In this document: positions 28,201 through 38,487 of the stretch, one piece after another
Layout of the letters: every line of letters begins with the position of its first letter
Numbering within the stretch: position 1 is the stretch's first letter
Source of the DNA: a bacterium
GTDB lineage: Bacteria; Patescibacteriota; Dojkabacteria; SC72
Assembly (NCBI GenBank): GCA_022840695.1
Contig: JALHDC010000005.1
Coordinates: forward strand, 1-60,403
DNA length: 60,403 nt
Reading direction: 5' to 3'
Made by a program: the position numbers and the translations under genes
The notes under the pieces: generated by a model
Databases searched by the model: none
Told to the model about the DNA's origin: nothing
What the model saw: only the letters and a program-made list of their open reading frames with translations

Positions 28201-31200
28201 TGTGTGTTGTGGAATTTAAATTAGTCCAACCTGTTCTTTGTTCTTCACTGACCCCATATGTGCCTGGCCCTAAATTAATCCAAGAATGACAACCATCGCC
28301 TGGTTCTAAGGTTGTTGAGTCAGTATCGATTATACTGCCATTTTTAATTAATGAAACAGACCAATTATCTACTGGGAATCTATCATTTGATGTACTATAC
28401 AAACCGTCCATATCAGCTTCTTTACATGCTGTTACAGTGATATTTTCAAAATTACCGAAATCGTTTTCCGTGCTGTTTGTTCCTGAAAGTATAGTTATAT
28501 CAGAAGGATTAGAAGTTGTTTGTGTCCATCCACTTTCCAGTTGTTCTCTTACTCTGTATGTACCAGCAGTTAAACCAGTAAATATGTAATTACCATTGGA
28601 GTCCGTGATTGTAGTTGAATCTACAGTACCATCTGCATTTTTGTCTAATTCAATAGTCCAACTTGATAAGCTGGATTCTCCAGAATCTTTCGTACCATTT
28701 CCATTTAAATCTTCAAATTTTTGACCTGATATTGAGCCTAATTGGAAATTCGTAATTCTAGCATTTATAGCAGATTCAGAAGTATCATAATTGATATTAT
28801 AGGAATAAGTTCTACCACCAGAAGGTATAGTTTCTATCCAACCACTTTGCATTACTTCGGAATATGTGTAAGTACCATATTCCAGGTTTCTAAATGCGAC
28901 ATTCCCATCAGCATTTGTAACTTCGGATTTGGAATATCCATTAGGTCCAACTAAATTAATAGTCCAACCTTCTAAACCAGGTTCTCCTGAATCTTTCATA
29001 CCATTTCCATTTAAGTCATTGAACTTAGAAACATTTATATGACCTAATCGAATATTTCCAAAATCTAAAGATTTTGGTTCCCCAGGACCAACATATACAT
29101 ATTGACAGATTGGAGTTGAATTAAGATAGCCTGAAGGTACAGACTCTTTAACAGAATAATTACCTGGGAGTAGATTATTGAAGGAAATGTTTCCACTACT
29201 ATTAGTGGTTCCTTGTGTAATTCTTGTTCCTGTACAGTCAGTACTACTAAATAGTTCCATTTGTAATCCAAAGATATATGCTGGTTCACCAGCTTCCTTG
29301 CTACCATTAGCGTTTTTATCTACAAATTTATGGACATCTATGGAACCTCTTTGAGTATTAGTAAAGACACATGTGATAATCTCTCCTGGTTGGAGGTTTA
29401 TTGCATTAATGGGGCTTCCATCACTACAAATTGTATTTGTTAAGTCCCATCCTTGTGGGATAGTCTCTGATACGGAATAAATCCCTGCTATCAACCAATC
29501 ACTGGGATATGTCTGTCCATCACTTAATGAGAAAATAGGATTAAAATTTGAAGTAAAATCGAATAATTGTGAGCTTTGGCTAGGTAATGTTTGTTTTTCA
29601 GTTATAATTTTACCTCTTTGGGTATTAGTAAATATACACTCAACATTTTCTCCTGCCTCTAAACCAAAACTTGCCACATTTGTACCGATGAAAGGACCTA
29701 CTGTTTTCCCATCTATACTTGATGTACAAATTAGACTATTTAAATCCCATCCAGAAGGAATAGTTTCGGTAATAGAATAGGAACCAGGTAAAAGATTTCT
29801 AAATGACTCAGTATTAAAATATTCTGCATCATCATTATCATCTAGTATAAAGCTTGACAACCCTACACCTGTTGTTAAGAATGAAAATGTCTGAGGACTA
29901 TTGTTAGGTATAGCCACTTTTGTTACTGTAATTGATCCTCTGTACACAAGATTATTAAATGTACAAATGGTTTCTCCTCCAGGTAGAACAGTAGCTGTAG
30001 CTCCTGAAGAACCATAAGCAGTACAGTTTGTTCCTGAAATGGAACCTAAATAATGTGTTCCAAAAGGACCATATTCAATAATAGTATGGGTTTCTCCTGT
30101 ATTGACCTGTCCAAAGTCGACATATCCATCAGAATCAGGGATTATTGGTGATCCTTCATTTAAAGCGAATGACCAATCTGTCACGTTCCCCCAATCTACA
30201 AGTTTTCTAACCTTCAGGCTTCCAGTATTACGTGTATTTGTAAATGTACATTCTAATTCTTCTCCTAAACTGACATCAACATTTATTGAATTTCCTGTTG
30301 CTGTACTTCCATCATTACATGATATTGAAGTTGCGTAGTTTGAATCTGAAGTCTCTGTTATAGTATAAGGACCACTCATTAAGCCGTGTAAAGCGTGGGA
30401 ATCACCATCTCCAAGGCCATCTCCGATACCGGGTATAGAGTAAGGTCCTCCCGCTCCAGGGATGGAGGTTGTAATTGTAAAGTTCCATTTACTTGAATTG
30501 TTAGGAACAACATCTTTAGTAATCCTGATTGATCCTGATTGATCATTATTGGTTATAGTACAAGTGACATTCTGTCCTGGACTTAGAAGTACTGGATTAG
30601 ATACTGTAGCTCCTGTAGCATCATCTACGCAATTCCAAGTACCTTCAATATAACCTGTAACATCCTTTTCACTTAATAAGTAAGAAACATTAGGTAAAAC
30701 AGATGGAGTTGATGTATAAGTAGTTGTTGAACCATTTACAACACCTGCTCCAAAAGTAATTAAATTCGTTCCTACCTTAATCTCAAAATCATTGACTGTT
30801 GCTGTTCCTCCATGATCATTTAGAATATTTTTAATAACTGTAAGTGTTGGTGTTTCATAATTAAGAAAATCGATACCCTCAACTACAGCATTTGCAGCAC
30901 CGAGAGTTCCAACAGTTACTCTATGGCAACCGTTGTTATCAGTTGGAAAACTTTGAGCCCATCCTGTTTGTGACTGTTCACAAACAATATTTAAACCTGA
31001 AGGAACACCTAAGAAAGAGTATTCCCCTTGGGCGTTTGTTGTTGTAGAAAGTTCACCTGTATCTAATTGTCCATTTCCATTTGAATCAATGAATATAGTC
31101 CATCCAGATAGGGGTAAATCTACATCAGAATTATAAATTCCGTTTGCATTAACATCCTTAAATTTACTCCCATATATAGATGGAATGTTTTTTCTGTTTG

Positions 31201-33325
31201 TTACATATACATGTAGGGTTTGATTTGCAGCAAGCGTAACTTGAGCTCCTTCAGTAGTGGTATCACTATCTGGGGTAATAGATACTAATACAGATCCAGT
31301 AGGTAATGAAGTCTCATAAATTGTATGATTTCCAGCAACTACACCATTGAAAGTTACTGTCCCACCATTACCAATAGTTTGTGGAGAACCATTATTTAGT
31401 TTAACACTATATGTTCCTCCATCGGAGATGTCTTCTCCATGAGGACCAACTACATCTTTGTGAACAATAATGGTTCCCGTTCTAGTATTTATGAAGTCAC
31501 AGGATATTATGTCTGAATCATCAATCGATATATTCCCCCATCCATTCGATATGATTGAGCCAACAATAGATCCAGCTTGATCTCTACAAATAGCCGAACC
31601 ATATGAGTATCCAGAGGGGATATTTATCTCTGTAATGGAATATGTCCCAGCTGGAATTTTACCAGTATTTGCAGTTCCATCGGAGCTTGTCGAGAGACTT
31701 AAGGATGATGTCCCAGCTATGGAGTATTGCCAACCTGCTCCTCCAGGAGTTGAAGTATTATCTATGTATTTTTTGACACTGATGGTACCACCACAAGTTC
31801 TACTTGCAAGTTCACCAAGATCCTTTGCTAAATCAGCAAAGTCAGAGGTAATAACATCTGAAGTTAGTATTCCCGTATTAACATTGGGACCGGAGATAGC
31901 AATCATATTTGCAGTATCCAAGTCTGAACCTATCCCAAGAGCTAGTATTCTTGTGCCAGCAGTTTTTATTGTGTCCGCAACAACTACAGCAGCTGCTACT
32001 GCCTGAGATTCTGTAGCATATGTCCCAGATACTCCTGTTCTATTTGGATTCCCATCTGAGGAGAAAATCATTAGGTTAGGTTTATCATTTCTAGGATCAT
32101 ATGTTGACAATGCTTTATTCAGACCATCTTCCCAGTTTGTAAATCCGCCATCGCCTGCAGAATTTATTGCACTTTTAACTAAAGCAATATCAGCAGTAAA
32201 AGGTTGTAATATATTTGCGGTTGTTGCAAACTCTGTTACTGAAAATTGTGTAGGGGTTCCTGCAAGAGCATCTACAAAAGCTACAAAGGCACTTTTCATT
32301 TGAGCTAGTTCAGTTGTGTTTATACTTCCAGATACATCTAAAACAAGAGCAATATCCAAGCCACAGGCCTCTGTAGGAAGAGGGGGATTAGTAACTGGGG
32401 GAACGACAGTAATTGCCTCCTTCATTACATATGGTGTGGGGTCAGAACCACCACTACAATTATCTCCATTATATACATTTAAAGATAAATCATAGCTACC
32501 AACATCAAAAGGAGCATTAATATCAAAACTCTCGGTATAAGTTCCATCACCATTATGGTCCTCTGTATTTACACATTCCCAATCACTATCTCCTATTCTA
32601 TATTGAGAAGAATGCCAATCATCCTCAGAGTTTCTTCCACTAGTTATTGCTTTGATTGTTACAGTGATAAGAGCACTGGGAAAAACAGTTACTTGAGTTT
32701 GGTTATTAACTGCTCCCGAGGCTAATACAGGACTATTCCCAGAAGTTTCAACAATAAATATTGTAAAATGCTCCAAATCCTCTATTCTAACAGTATCCCC
32801 TTCATTAACTACTGTATTAGTAATTTCTCTTACATTTGTAAATATATCCTCTCTCTCTTCTACATAAACCACCTTTGTATTTTCCCTATTAGATGGTAGT
32901 GTTAGATCATACTCAAATGTCCCATTGACCATATCTGTTGTAATATCATATGCCTTATTACTTATTGACCCAGTAGCATCTATTTCTTCTTGTGTTAATG
33001 TAATTTCCTCTATTGAAAGAGTAGAGGATTGTTCTGGTAATTTGGTAAATGTTACAGACACATCACTATTTGAAGGAAATATATATGTTTCTCCCAATAC
33101 GACTAGATTATTAGTAGTATATATATTGCCTACCTGATTCCATATAGGGATATCTTCTTCTATAATAATAGGCGTATCTGGTACAACATCTTCTTGAATA
33201 CCATTTTCAATGGTAGCTTCTTCTACTATAAAATCAATAGCTTTTACAGAAGGTACAAAGGTATAGAGAATTAAAAATAAAGAAACAAAAACCCTGTTAA
33301 GGGAGTTTTTCAATGATTTTCTCAT
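25181..33325 (-). CDS. Giant surface adhesin: signal peptide, VWA, repeated SdrD-B/Cna-B/SpaA-like Ig domains, DUF11-like domain, internal LPSTG+TM, second extracellular module, C-terminal TM
   Basis: DIALVLDVSGS MIDAS; repeats of GSISGxKxEDxNxNGxxD...W.I.L; LPSTG at 26233-26219; terminal TM IGLIVIVVIFLAGGIGYMYVRNRK. Confidence 0.88.
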   Translation of the reverse strand: MRKSLKNSLNRVFVSLFLILYTFVPSVKAIDFIVEEATIENGIQEDVVPDTPIIIEEDIPIWNQVGNIYTTNNLVVLGETYIFPSNSDVSVTFTKLPEQSSTLSIEEITLTQEEIDATGSISNKAYDITTDMVNGTFEYDLTLPSNRENTKVVYVEEREDIFTNVREITNTVVNEGDTVRIEDLEHFTIFIVETSGNSPVLASGAVNNQTQVTVFPSALITVTIKAITSGRNSEDDWHSSQYRIGDSDWECVNTEDHNGDGTYTESFDINAPFDVGSYDLSLNVYNGDNCSGGSDPTPYVMKEAITVVPPVTNPPLPTEACGLDIALVLDVSGSINTTELAQMKSAFVAFVDALAGTPTQFSVTEFATTANILQPFTADIALVKSAINSAGDGGFTNWEDGLNKALSTYDPRNDKPNLMIFSSDGNPNRTGVSGTYATESQAVAAAVVVADTIKTAGTRILALGIGSDLDTANMIAISGPNVNTGILTSDVITSDFADLAKDLGELASRTCGGTISVKKYIDNTSTPGGAGWQYSIAGTSSLSLSTSSDGTANTGKIPAGTYSITEINIPSGYSYGSAICRDQAGSIVGSIISNGWGNISIDDSDIISCDFINTRTGTIIVHKDVVGPHGEDISDGGTYSVKLNNGSPQTIGNGGTVTFNGVVAGNHTIYETSLPTGSVLVSITPDSDTTTEGAQVTLAANQTLHVYVTNRKNIPSIYGSKFKDVNANGIYNSDVDLPLSGWTIFIDSNGNGQLDTGELSTTTNAQGEYSFLGVPSGLNIVCEQSQTGWAQSFPTDNNGCHRVTVGTLGAANAVVEGIDFLNYETPTLTVIKNILNDHGGTATVNDFEIKVGTNLITFGAGVVNGSTTTYTSTPSVLPNVSYLLSEKDVTGYIEGTWNCVDDATGATVSNPVLLSPGQNVTCTITNNDQSGSIRITKDVVPNNSSKWNFTITTSIPGAGGPYSIPGIGDGLGDGDSHALHGLMSGPYTITETSDSNYATSISCNDGSTATGNSINVDVSLGEELECTFTNTRNTGSLKVRKLVDWGNVTDWSFALNEGSPIIPDSDGYVDFGQVNTGETHTIIEYGPFGTHYLGSISGTNCTAYGSSGATATVLPGGETICTFNNLVYRGSITVTKVAIPNNSPQTFSFLTTGVGLSSFILDDNDDAEYFNTESFRNLLPGSYSITETIPSGWDLNSLICTSSIDGKTVGPFIGTNVASFGLEAGENVECIFTNTQRGKIITEKQTLPSQSSQLFDFTSNFNPIFSLSDGQTYPSDWLIAGIYSVSETIPQGWDLTNTICSDGSPINAINLQPGEIITCVFTNTQRGSIDVHKFVDKNANGSKEAGEPAYIFGLQMELFSSTDCTGTRITQGTTNSSGNISFNNLLPGNYSVKESVPSGYLNSTPICQYVYVGPGEPKSLDFGNIRLGHINVSKFNDLNGNGMKDSGEPGLEGWTINLVGPNGYSKSEVTNADGNVAFRNLEYGTYTYSEVMQSGWIETIPSGGRTYSYNINYDTSESAINARITNFQLGSISGQKFEDLNGNGTKDSGESSLSSWTIELDKNADGTVDSTTITDSNGNYIFTGLTAGTYRVREQLESGWTQTTSNPSDITILSGTNSTENDFGNFENITVTACKEADMDGLYSTSNDRFPVDNWSVSLIKNGSIIDTDSTTLEPGDGCHSWINLGPGTYGVSEEQRTGWTNLNSTTHSFGSAQSGQNFLYRFVNTQLGSISGIKWEDMNANGVRDAEDEGLDNWTIKLDKDGDGTIDFTTTTNSNGIYIFEDLLPGTYKIIEDSPYPWNVSYPSAGVNYYDGVVLSAGSNLLEYDFGNYKNGSIEGYKWEDTNRDGIYDSNEQAPNSQWEIKLWKEINGEKVSQPGSVFSQADGYFGFGVSPGIYYLTEVLKSGWTQTYPNTEFLGPIEITSGEISINNNFGNFENGTIYVDKYEDTDGILGSEGREESLIGDPTFTFRLYYIEDTQWTLIGEEDTNSSGKASFENQMSSLGEYKICEIKKDGWEDMRSLFNPANNLSGATDEYPVCEGISLTTSGYSASLEFENAKLSDIHGYKWQDINGNGYRDCSDELLERSLLQENYCREWAEPLLSDWTINLYRWNGEDYGEEPIESTTTDDTDEHFGWYWFEDLLPGQYKVCEVPQDGWLQSFPINENDNCHIITLPDDNPNTYPLTVNFLIEPEPEYNFGNYVIPPELEIEKLNDTGGLGMSTEDIVTYTIIVKAPEDDTDGEYLLKNVVVTDILPEGFEYILGSWTGTTNEPVYNGVPAKWEIGDMEEGDIVILTYKALISTTQEPGLYPDIAWVSGEDILEGSVLGVSSVEPTENFVGTEVLVIAEEELEEGEVLGATTIQNIELPSTGANILITIGAIVSMILGFILLLFKPKKKVNVLLLATTLLLGMSIFLTPKATYASENEKINVQISQPQTPTNKTSFRISYVALDLDSRPLTIECLETTYGKYATHSTYSGTCLVDSSILTGSGTYTFTVKATANDGSGDYKISKPVTVVVDLEMPTPITNYTKTEGICTYILSFTTGSKSTKVQIFRSTVQPFSANASTLIKEISVSPNQSVTYTDTIPVCGQEYFYAVRSVDSVSNTSPIVTDPIIQTVEVQGEATTTTTTTQTTTPTSTTPTAVTVQESEDAEVKGEEETPEDTEKVEKEESEEIGEEKEDKTEEKSNIGLIVIVVIFLAGGIGYMYVRNRKTTY

Positions 33326-33349
33326 TAAATGGTTATTAAAAATTTATTT

Positions 33350-33387
33350 TAATGAGAAACACTCGGGGCAAAAGAAGTTTCCCACTA
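33350..33387 (-). promoter_or_regulatory. Hairpin in the predicted 5' leader of the adhesin
   Basis: UAGUGGGAAAC/GUUUCUCAUUA 11-bp stem plus 3-bp inner stem; TATAAT at 33410-33405 upstream. Confidence 0.45.
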
Positions 33388-33429
33388 AATGTCTTTATAG
33401 TAGAATTATATGTCTTTTAAGAATAAATA

Positions 33430-35649
33430 TCAATAATTCTTCTTTTCAAAGATATTGGTTCTAAATTTGGTATTCTTAACCATATACAACCTATGCAATG
33501 CCCTTGTAATACCAACATACAGTAACCTAGTATCTAACTCAGTATCTTTGTAATAGTTACTATTAACATCAGCAAATATTACACTATCAAACTCCAAACC
33601 TTTAGCATTCTCTATGGGTAGTACAAGTAATCCACTATGATAATCATTCTCTTCATAACTAATAACTCTTCTATCTATGATATCCTCATACTCTTTGAAT
33701 ATATTGTAAAGGGTACTAGCATGATTCCTATCCTTACAAAGTAATGCACATGTCACAGAACCCTTAGTAAACTCATTCTTAATAGTATGTACTAATTCCT
33801 TTATCCTACTATCTGCTAGTTGTGATATTTCTGTATCATATTCTAGTATCTTTACATCATCCCCATGTCTAAGTACTGCTTCTGGTAGTATATATGACTT
33901 AGGAAATCTATCTTTAAATATATTATTTGCAAATTCTACAATTTCTACTGTAGTTCTATAACATTTTTGAAGTTGATAATACTCTGTATCCTTATTTGTT
34001 AATTTCTTTATTAATCTCATCACATCATCCCAATCCCTTATATAGAATGGAGGAATAATAGATTGAGCTAAATCACCTGCTATTGTGATATTTTGATTCT
34101 TTGCAACCTTTATAAGTGTTGCTAATTGAACAAAACTAATATCTTGTGCCTCATCAATCATTACATAATCTCTCTCATGCATCTTGGTTCCCTCTATTTT
34201 AAGATGTAGATATACCATTCCCCCTAAGTCTTCCATTCTGTAATTATGTATTCTTCCTTTCTGTGTTAAACCTGCGAGAGTATATTTGGATGTATCCTTA
34301 GTTATTAAATCAGTTTTAAATAGATTCTTGTATAGTGAGAATATGTCACAATTTCTTCTAAAGTAGTCATATATATTCTTTCGGATTGTAACATCTGAAT
34401 CATATGTAGAATCATAGAAACCTGTATTACCCTGTTTAAACTGTTTTTGTGCAAATGCATAATCAGTTGCTAACTCTAACCTCTCTTTCATATCTATATT
34501 GGGGAATTCTTCCTTAAGTTCGTAATATCTTCTTTCAATAATATCTTGTCTTGAGTATGGAATCTTCTCAAGCAATTCTTTTTCAAACATAGAAAAATAT
34601 TCATCCAATATATCTAAAAATTTCAAAGAACCTTTATACTCTTTAATATCAAGATCTTCCTTTTGTGGGGATATAGTGTATGTATCATTCCATCCTAAAA
34701 CCTTTTTAGCCCAGAAAAGGTAAGTTTCAGTATCAACTCTTTCTACACCTAAATTAGGTAGTACATCAGATACATAATCTATGAACATCTGATTAGGTGC
34801 AATAATTAAGGAATTGTTTGGATTAATTTCTTTCTTATATGTATAGAAAAGATATGCGAGCCTATGTAAAAGTATTGTAGTCTTGCCACTTCCTGCAACT
34901 CCCTGTATTAATATTGGCTTCTTTAGAGTATCTCTAATTATTTTGTTTTGTTGCATCTGTATTGTAGAGACAATATCTTGCAATTTCTTTCCTAATCTTT
35001 CATTTAATTGGGAGAGTAGAAATTCATCTGCTGCAACATTACCAGATTTGGCATCATATATACCATTTATCCTAGCTCTGGATATTTGAAACTGTCTTTT
35101 CTGTTTTAAATCTCCAGCCCTCTTACCTATAGGTGTGTCAAATGATACATTCTCACAAGGCCCACTATTCTCATAATATATATTTGATATTGGAGATCTC
35201 CAATCTGTAATTAAAGGTATATGAGTTTCATTCTCTACTAATGCAAATTTCCCAATGTAAAGTGAGAGAGATTTATCATTTCTAGATTCGTAAGGTTGAA
35301 AAACGATCTTCCCAAAATATGGAGAATCTAATGCGATTAATTCGTTGTTTATTCTTTCAACTAAATCCTCTATCTGTGAAAGCAATTTGTTGTAAACACC
35401 CTTTGCTTCCATCCTAGCATCTATATCACTCTCTGTTTGAATTAAATATATTTGGTGCTCGAGTTCCTCTTCCAATCTGTCTAAACGAGGCAATAGATTT
35501 TTTATACTATCTGCCTTTATTTTCGTTACTTTCTGTAAATTGGGATATTCTTCAGTCTCAAGTGGAGTTAATTCTTTCAAATCATCAAATTTAGAAACGA
35601 GGTCTACGTCCTTGTACAAAGGGTTTAAGTACTTTTTAAAACTTTGCAT
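33430..35649 (-). CDS. helD: HelD-like (RNA polymerase recycling) SF1 helicase/ATPase
   Basis: SPYFGKI, ITDWRSPISNIYYE, LQDIVSTIQ..Q, QGVAGSGKT, IDEAQD, AKGLEFD, YVGITRA. Confidence 0.8.
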   Translation of the reverse strand: MQSFKKYLNPLYKDVDLVSKFDDLKELTPLETEEYPNLQKVTKIKADSIKNLLPRLDRLEEELEHQIYLIQTESDIDARMEAKGVYNKLLSQIEDLVERINNELIALDSPYFGKIVFQPYESRNDKSLSLYIGKFALVENETHIPLITDWRSPISNIYYENSGPCENVSFDTPIGKRAGDLKQKRQFQISRARINGIYDAKSGNVAADEFLLSQLNERLGKKLQDIVSTIQMQQNKIIRDTLKKPILIQGVAGSGKTTILLHRLAYLFYTYKKEINPNNSLIIAPNQMFIDYVSDVLPNLGVERVDTETYLFWAKKVLGWNDTYTISPQKEDLDIKEYKGSLKFLDILDEYFSMFEKELLEKIPYSRQDIIERRYYELKEEFPNIDMKERLELATDYAFAQKQFKQGNTGFYDSTYDSDVTIRKNIYDYFRRNCDIFSLYKNLFKTDLITKDTSKYTLAGLTQKGRIHNYRMEDLGGMVYLHLKIEGTKMHERDYVMIDEAQDISFVQLATLIKVAKNQNITIAGDLAQSIIPPFYIRDWDDVMRLIKKLTNKDTEYYQLQKCYRTTVEIVEFANNIFKDRFPKSYILPEAVLRHGDDVKILEYDTEISQLADSRIKELVHTIKNEFTKGSVTCALLCKDRNHASTLYNIFKEYEDIIDRRVISYEENDYHSGLLVLPIENAKGLEFDSVIFADVNSNYYKDTELDTRLLYVGITRALHRLYMVKNTKFRTNIFEKKNY

Positions 35650-35750
35650 AGTGAGTTGTGAGGCAATGATTTTACAAAAATAGAATATATATCATATTGC
35701 TTAGAATGTAAAGCTTTTATAATATTTTCTTAATTGTGATATATTAACAT

Positions 35751-36308
35751 ATGAGTAATCAACTTAAATTACTGTTCTATATTGCAGTAATTGCTGGTGT
35801 AATCCTATATATCCAAGATAGTTTTAATATATTCGATATATCTTTTACAGATGGAAAGAAGGAAAATATTGAAGAAGAAAAGCAAGACAATGAGTCAGAG
35901 AGTGTAACTAAGGAATCTGAAAAGAATTATGTTGAAATATTTTTTGAAAATGGAGAAAGAATTAGTGTAGATGTTGAGGTGGCTGATACTGAAGCTCTTA
36001 GAACATTAGGATTATCAAACAGAAGATATTTAGGAGATTACAATGGAATGTTATTTATTTTTGATGATGTAGTGAGTAATCCTTTTTGGATGAAGGATAC
36101 ATATATTAATCTTGATATTATCTTTATTGACGAGAAAGGCTTCATAGTTGATACAAAGAAAAATAATCAACCGTGTACTCCAGAATTTTGTCCATATATA
36201 TTTTCATCATCTATGTACAAATATGTACTTGAAGTAAATGGAGGATTTTCTGATTTAAATGATATTAAAATAGGACAGAGTGTTGTTATGTATTTGGCTT
36301 CTAAGTAG
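35751..36308 (+). CDS. DUF192 family protein
   Basis: VEVADT...GLSNR, GMLFIF, FWMKDT..NLDIIFID, YVLEVNGG. Confidence 0.92.
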   Translation: MSNQLKLLFYIAVIAGVILYIQDSFNIFDISFTDGKKENIEEEKQDNESESVTKESEKNYVEIFFENGERISVDVEVADTEALRTLGLSNRRYLGDYNGMLFIFDDVVSNPFWMKDTYINLDIIFIDEKGFIVDTKKNNQPCTPEFCPYIFSSSMYKYVLEVNGGFSDLNDIKIGQSVVMYLASK

Positions 36309-36351
36309 TAAGATGATATATTTTTATGTTTTAAATTAGTCTCTCTATTTA

Positions 36352-36978
36352 ATGATTAATTCTTTTGTAGTTTGGTTAGTGGATATTATCAATAGATTAG
36401 GATATCCAGGAGTAGCATTAGCGATGTTCATTGAAAGTTTTTTTGCCCCTATACCTAGTGAAATCATATTACCTTTCTCTGGTTTTGTAGCTTCTCAAGG
36501 TAGTTTAAATATATATTTAGTAATAATTGTTGCTACTTTAGCAGCATATCTTGGTACTCTCCCTTTCTATTTCGTTGGATTGTGGGGAGAGGAGCATATT
36601 TTAAAATTTTTAAAGAAATATGGTAAGTATCTATTCATTTCCCAGAAGGATTTAGATTTTGGATATAAAGCCTTTGAAAAGTATGGTGTGGGGATAGTTT
36701 TCTTAGGTAGAGTTATTCCAATTGTTAGAACTGTGATATCTTTTCCTGCAGGTGCCTCTAAGATGAATTTTGTGAAGTTTTCAATATTTACACTTTCTGG
36801 AAGTTTAATATGGTCCTCATTATTAGCATATATGGGTTATGTTATGGGAGATAATTGGAAATTAGTATCTGTATATACAGAGGAGTATGAAAGAGTAATA
36901 TTAGGGATATTGGTTATTGTGGTACTTCTATATATCACCAGAGGCATTAAGAATCTATCAAACGATTCTGATAAGTGA
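36352..36978 (+). CDS. DedA family protein
   Basis: IESFFAPIPSEIILPFSG, LGRVIPIVRTVISFPAG. Confidence 0.93.
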   Translation: MINSFVVWLVDIINRLGYPGVALAMFIESFFAPIPSEIILPFSGFVASQGSLNIYLVIIVATLAAYLGTLPFYFVGLWGEEHILKFLKKYGKYLFISQKDLDFGYKAFEKYGVGIVFLGRVIPIVRTVISFPAGASKMNFVKFSIFTLSGSLIWSSLLAYMGYVMGDNWKLVSVYTEEYERVILGILVIVVLLYITRGIKNLSNDSDK

Positions 36979-38487
36979 TTGTCCTGTCATATCACTAGGT
37001 TTAGGAATTCCGAGAAGTTCAAGTATTGTTGGGGCGACATCTTTTAGAGAGCCGTAAGGAAGTGTCTTTGCAGTTATTGATGTCCCAGCTAAGATAAAAG
37101 GTACTGGATTTAGAGAATGTTCTGTGTCAATTTGTCCATTTTCAATATTTATCATCTCTTCTGCATTTCCATGATCAGATGTAATGATTACAGCACCTCC
37201 ATAGCTTGTGAATGTTTTAACAAGTTCATGTATACAGTGGTCAATCACTTGTACAGCTTTAATTCCTGCATTCAAATCTCCTGTGTGTCCAACCATATCA
37301 GCATTTGCAAAGTTAACAAGTATGAAATCATACATTTGGGCCTTTATCCTATCTACTAATATATTTGTAATTTCTAATGCACTCATTTCAGGTTTCAGAT
37401 CATATGTAGCAACTTTTGGTGATGGAATAACCGTTCTGTCTTCTTTTGAATATGGTGAAGGAATGCCTCCATTGAAGAAGTATGTAACATGAGGATATTT
37501 TTCTGTTTCTGAAATTCTTAATTGTCTAAGTCCCATTGAATCTATAACTTTACCAAGAGGTAGAGTTATGAATTGTTTAGGAAATATTACATTAGAAGGA
37601 AAATCCTTTCTGTATTCAATCATACTAGCAACAAAAAGATTTGGAATTTTCTCTCTACTAAAACCTATGAAATTATCTGAGAGTAGTGCTTCTGTCAGTT
37701 GAAGGGATCTATCAGGTCTAAAATTAACCATTAAAACTACATCATTAGGTTGTATAGTACTAGGATTTATAACTGTTGGTTCCAAAAATTCATCTGTTAT
37801 CCCTCTTAAATAGTTTTCTTCTATCGCTTTTTGATATGTAGGGAATTTTTCTCCAAAGTTTTTTTCAAGTAGATAATATGCTCTTTGTGTCCTATCCCAT
37901 TTCTTATTCCTATCCATCGCATAATATCTTCCAATGAATGTACCTAACTTTCCAAGTCCCATCTCTAAACAGTATTTATCCATATCTATTAAATAATTTA
38001 GTGCTACATTGGGAGCAGTATCTCTTCCATCTGTAATAGCATGTATGAATATCTCATTTTGAAAGTTTGCTTTTGCAAAATAATCAATTAGAACTTTAAA
38101 ATGATTAATATGGGAATGTACACTTCCATCACTTAGTAAACCAACTAAATGTATATTACTGTTATTCTTCTGTGCATGTATGAATGCATTCTTTAATGTA
38201 TCGTTTCTGTATATTAATCCGGAAGATATAGCATTATTAATTCTAGGAAGACTTTGAAAAACAGTATTCCCTGCTCCTAAGTTCAAATGTCCCACCTCAC
38301 TATTTCCTTTTACATTTTTTGGAAGACCTACGGATTCTCCAGAGGCTAATAGATATGTATGAGGATGGATACTCCAGAAACTAGAAAGATTCTTAGGATT
38401 AGCCATTACAACGGCATTTCCCTTGTTATTAGGGGCTGCTCCTAGTCCATCTAAGATTATTAATAATACCTTTTGTTTTACTTTCAT
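36958..38487 (-). CDS. gpmI: 2,3-bisphosphoglycerate-independent phosphoglycerate mutase
   Basis: LIILDGLG, GNSEVGH, GRYYAMDR, SETEKYPHVTYFFNGG, NADMVGHTG, DHGNAE; start placed at MKVKQ (38487). Confidence 0.96.
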   Translation of the reverse strand: MKVKQKVLLIILDGLGAAPNNKGNAVVMANPKNLSSFWSIHPHTYLLASGESVGLPKNVKGNSEVGHLNLGAGNTVFQSLPRINNAISSGLIYRNDTLKNAFIHAQKNNSNIHLVGLLSDGSVHSHINHFKVLIDYFAKANFQNEIFIHAITDGRDTAPNVALNYLIDMDKYCLEMGLGKLGTFIGRYYAMDRNKKWDRTQRAYYLLEKNFGEKFPTYQKAIEENYLRGITDEFLEPTVINPSTIQPNDVVLMVNFRPDRSLQLTEALLSDNFIGFSREKIPNLFVASMIEYRKDFPSNVIFPKQFITLPLGKVIDSMGLRQLRISETEKYPHVTYFFNGGIPSPYSKEDRTVIPSPKVATYDLKPEMSALEITNILVDRIKAQMYDFILVNFANADMVGHTGDLNAGIKAVQVIDHCIHELVKTFTSYGGAVIITSDHGNAEEMINIENGQIDTEHSLNPVPFILAGTSITAKTLPYGSLKDVAPTILELLGIPKPSDMTGQSLIRIV

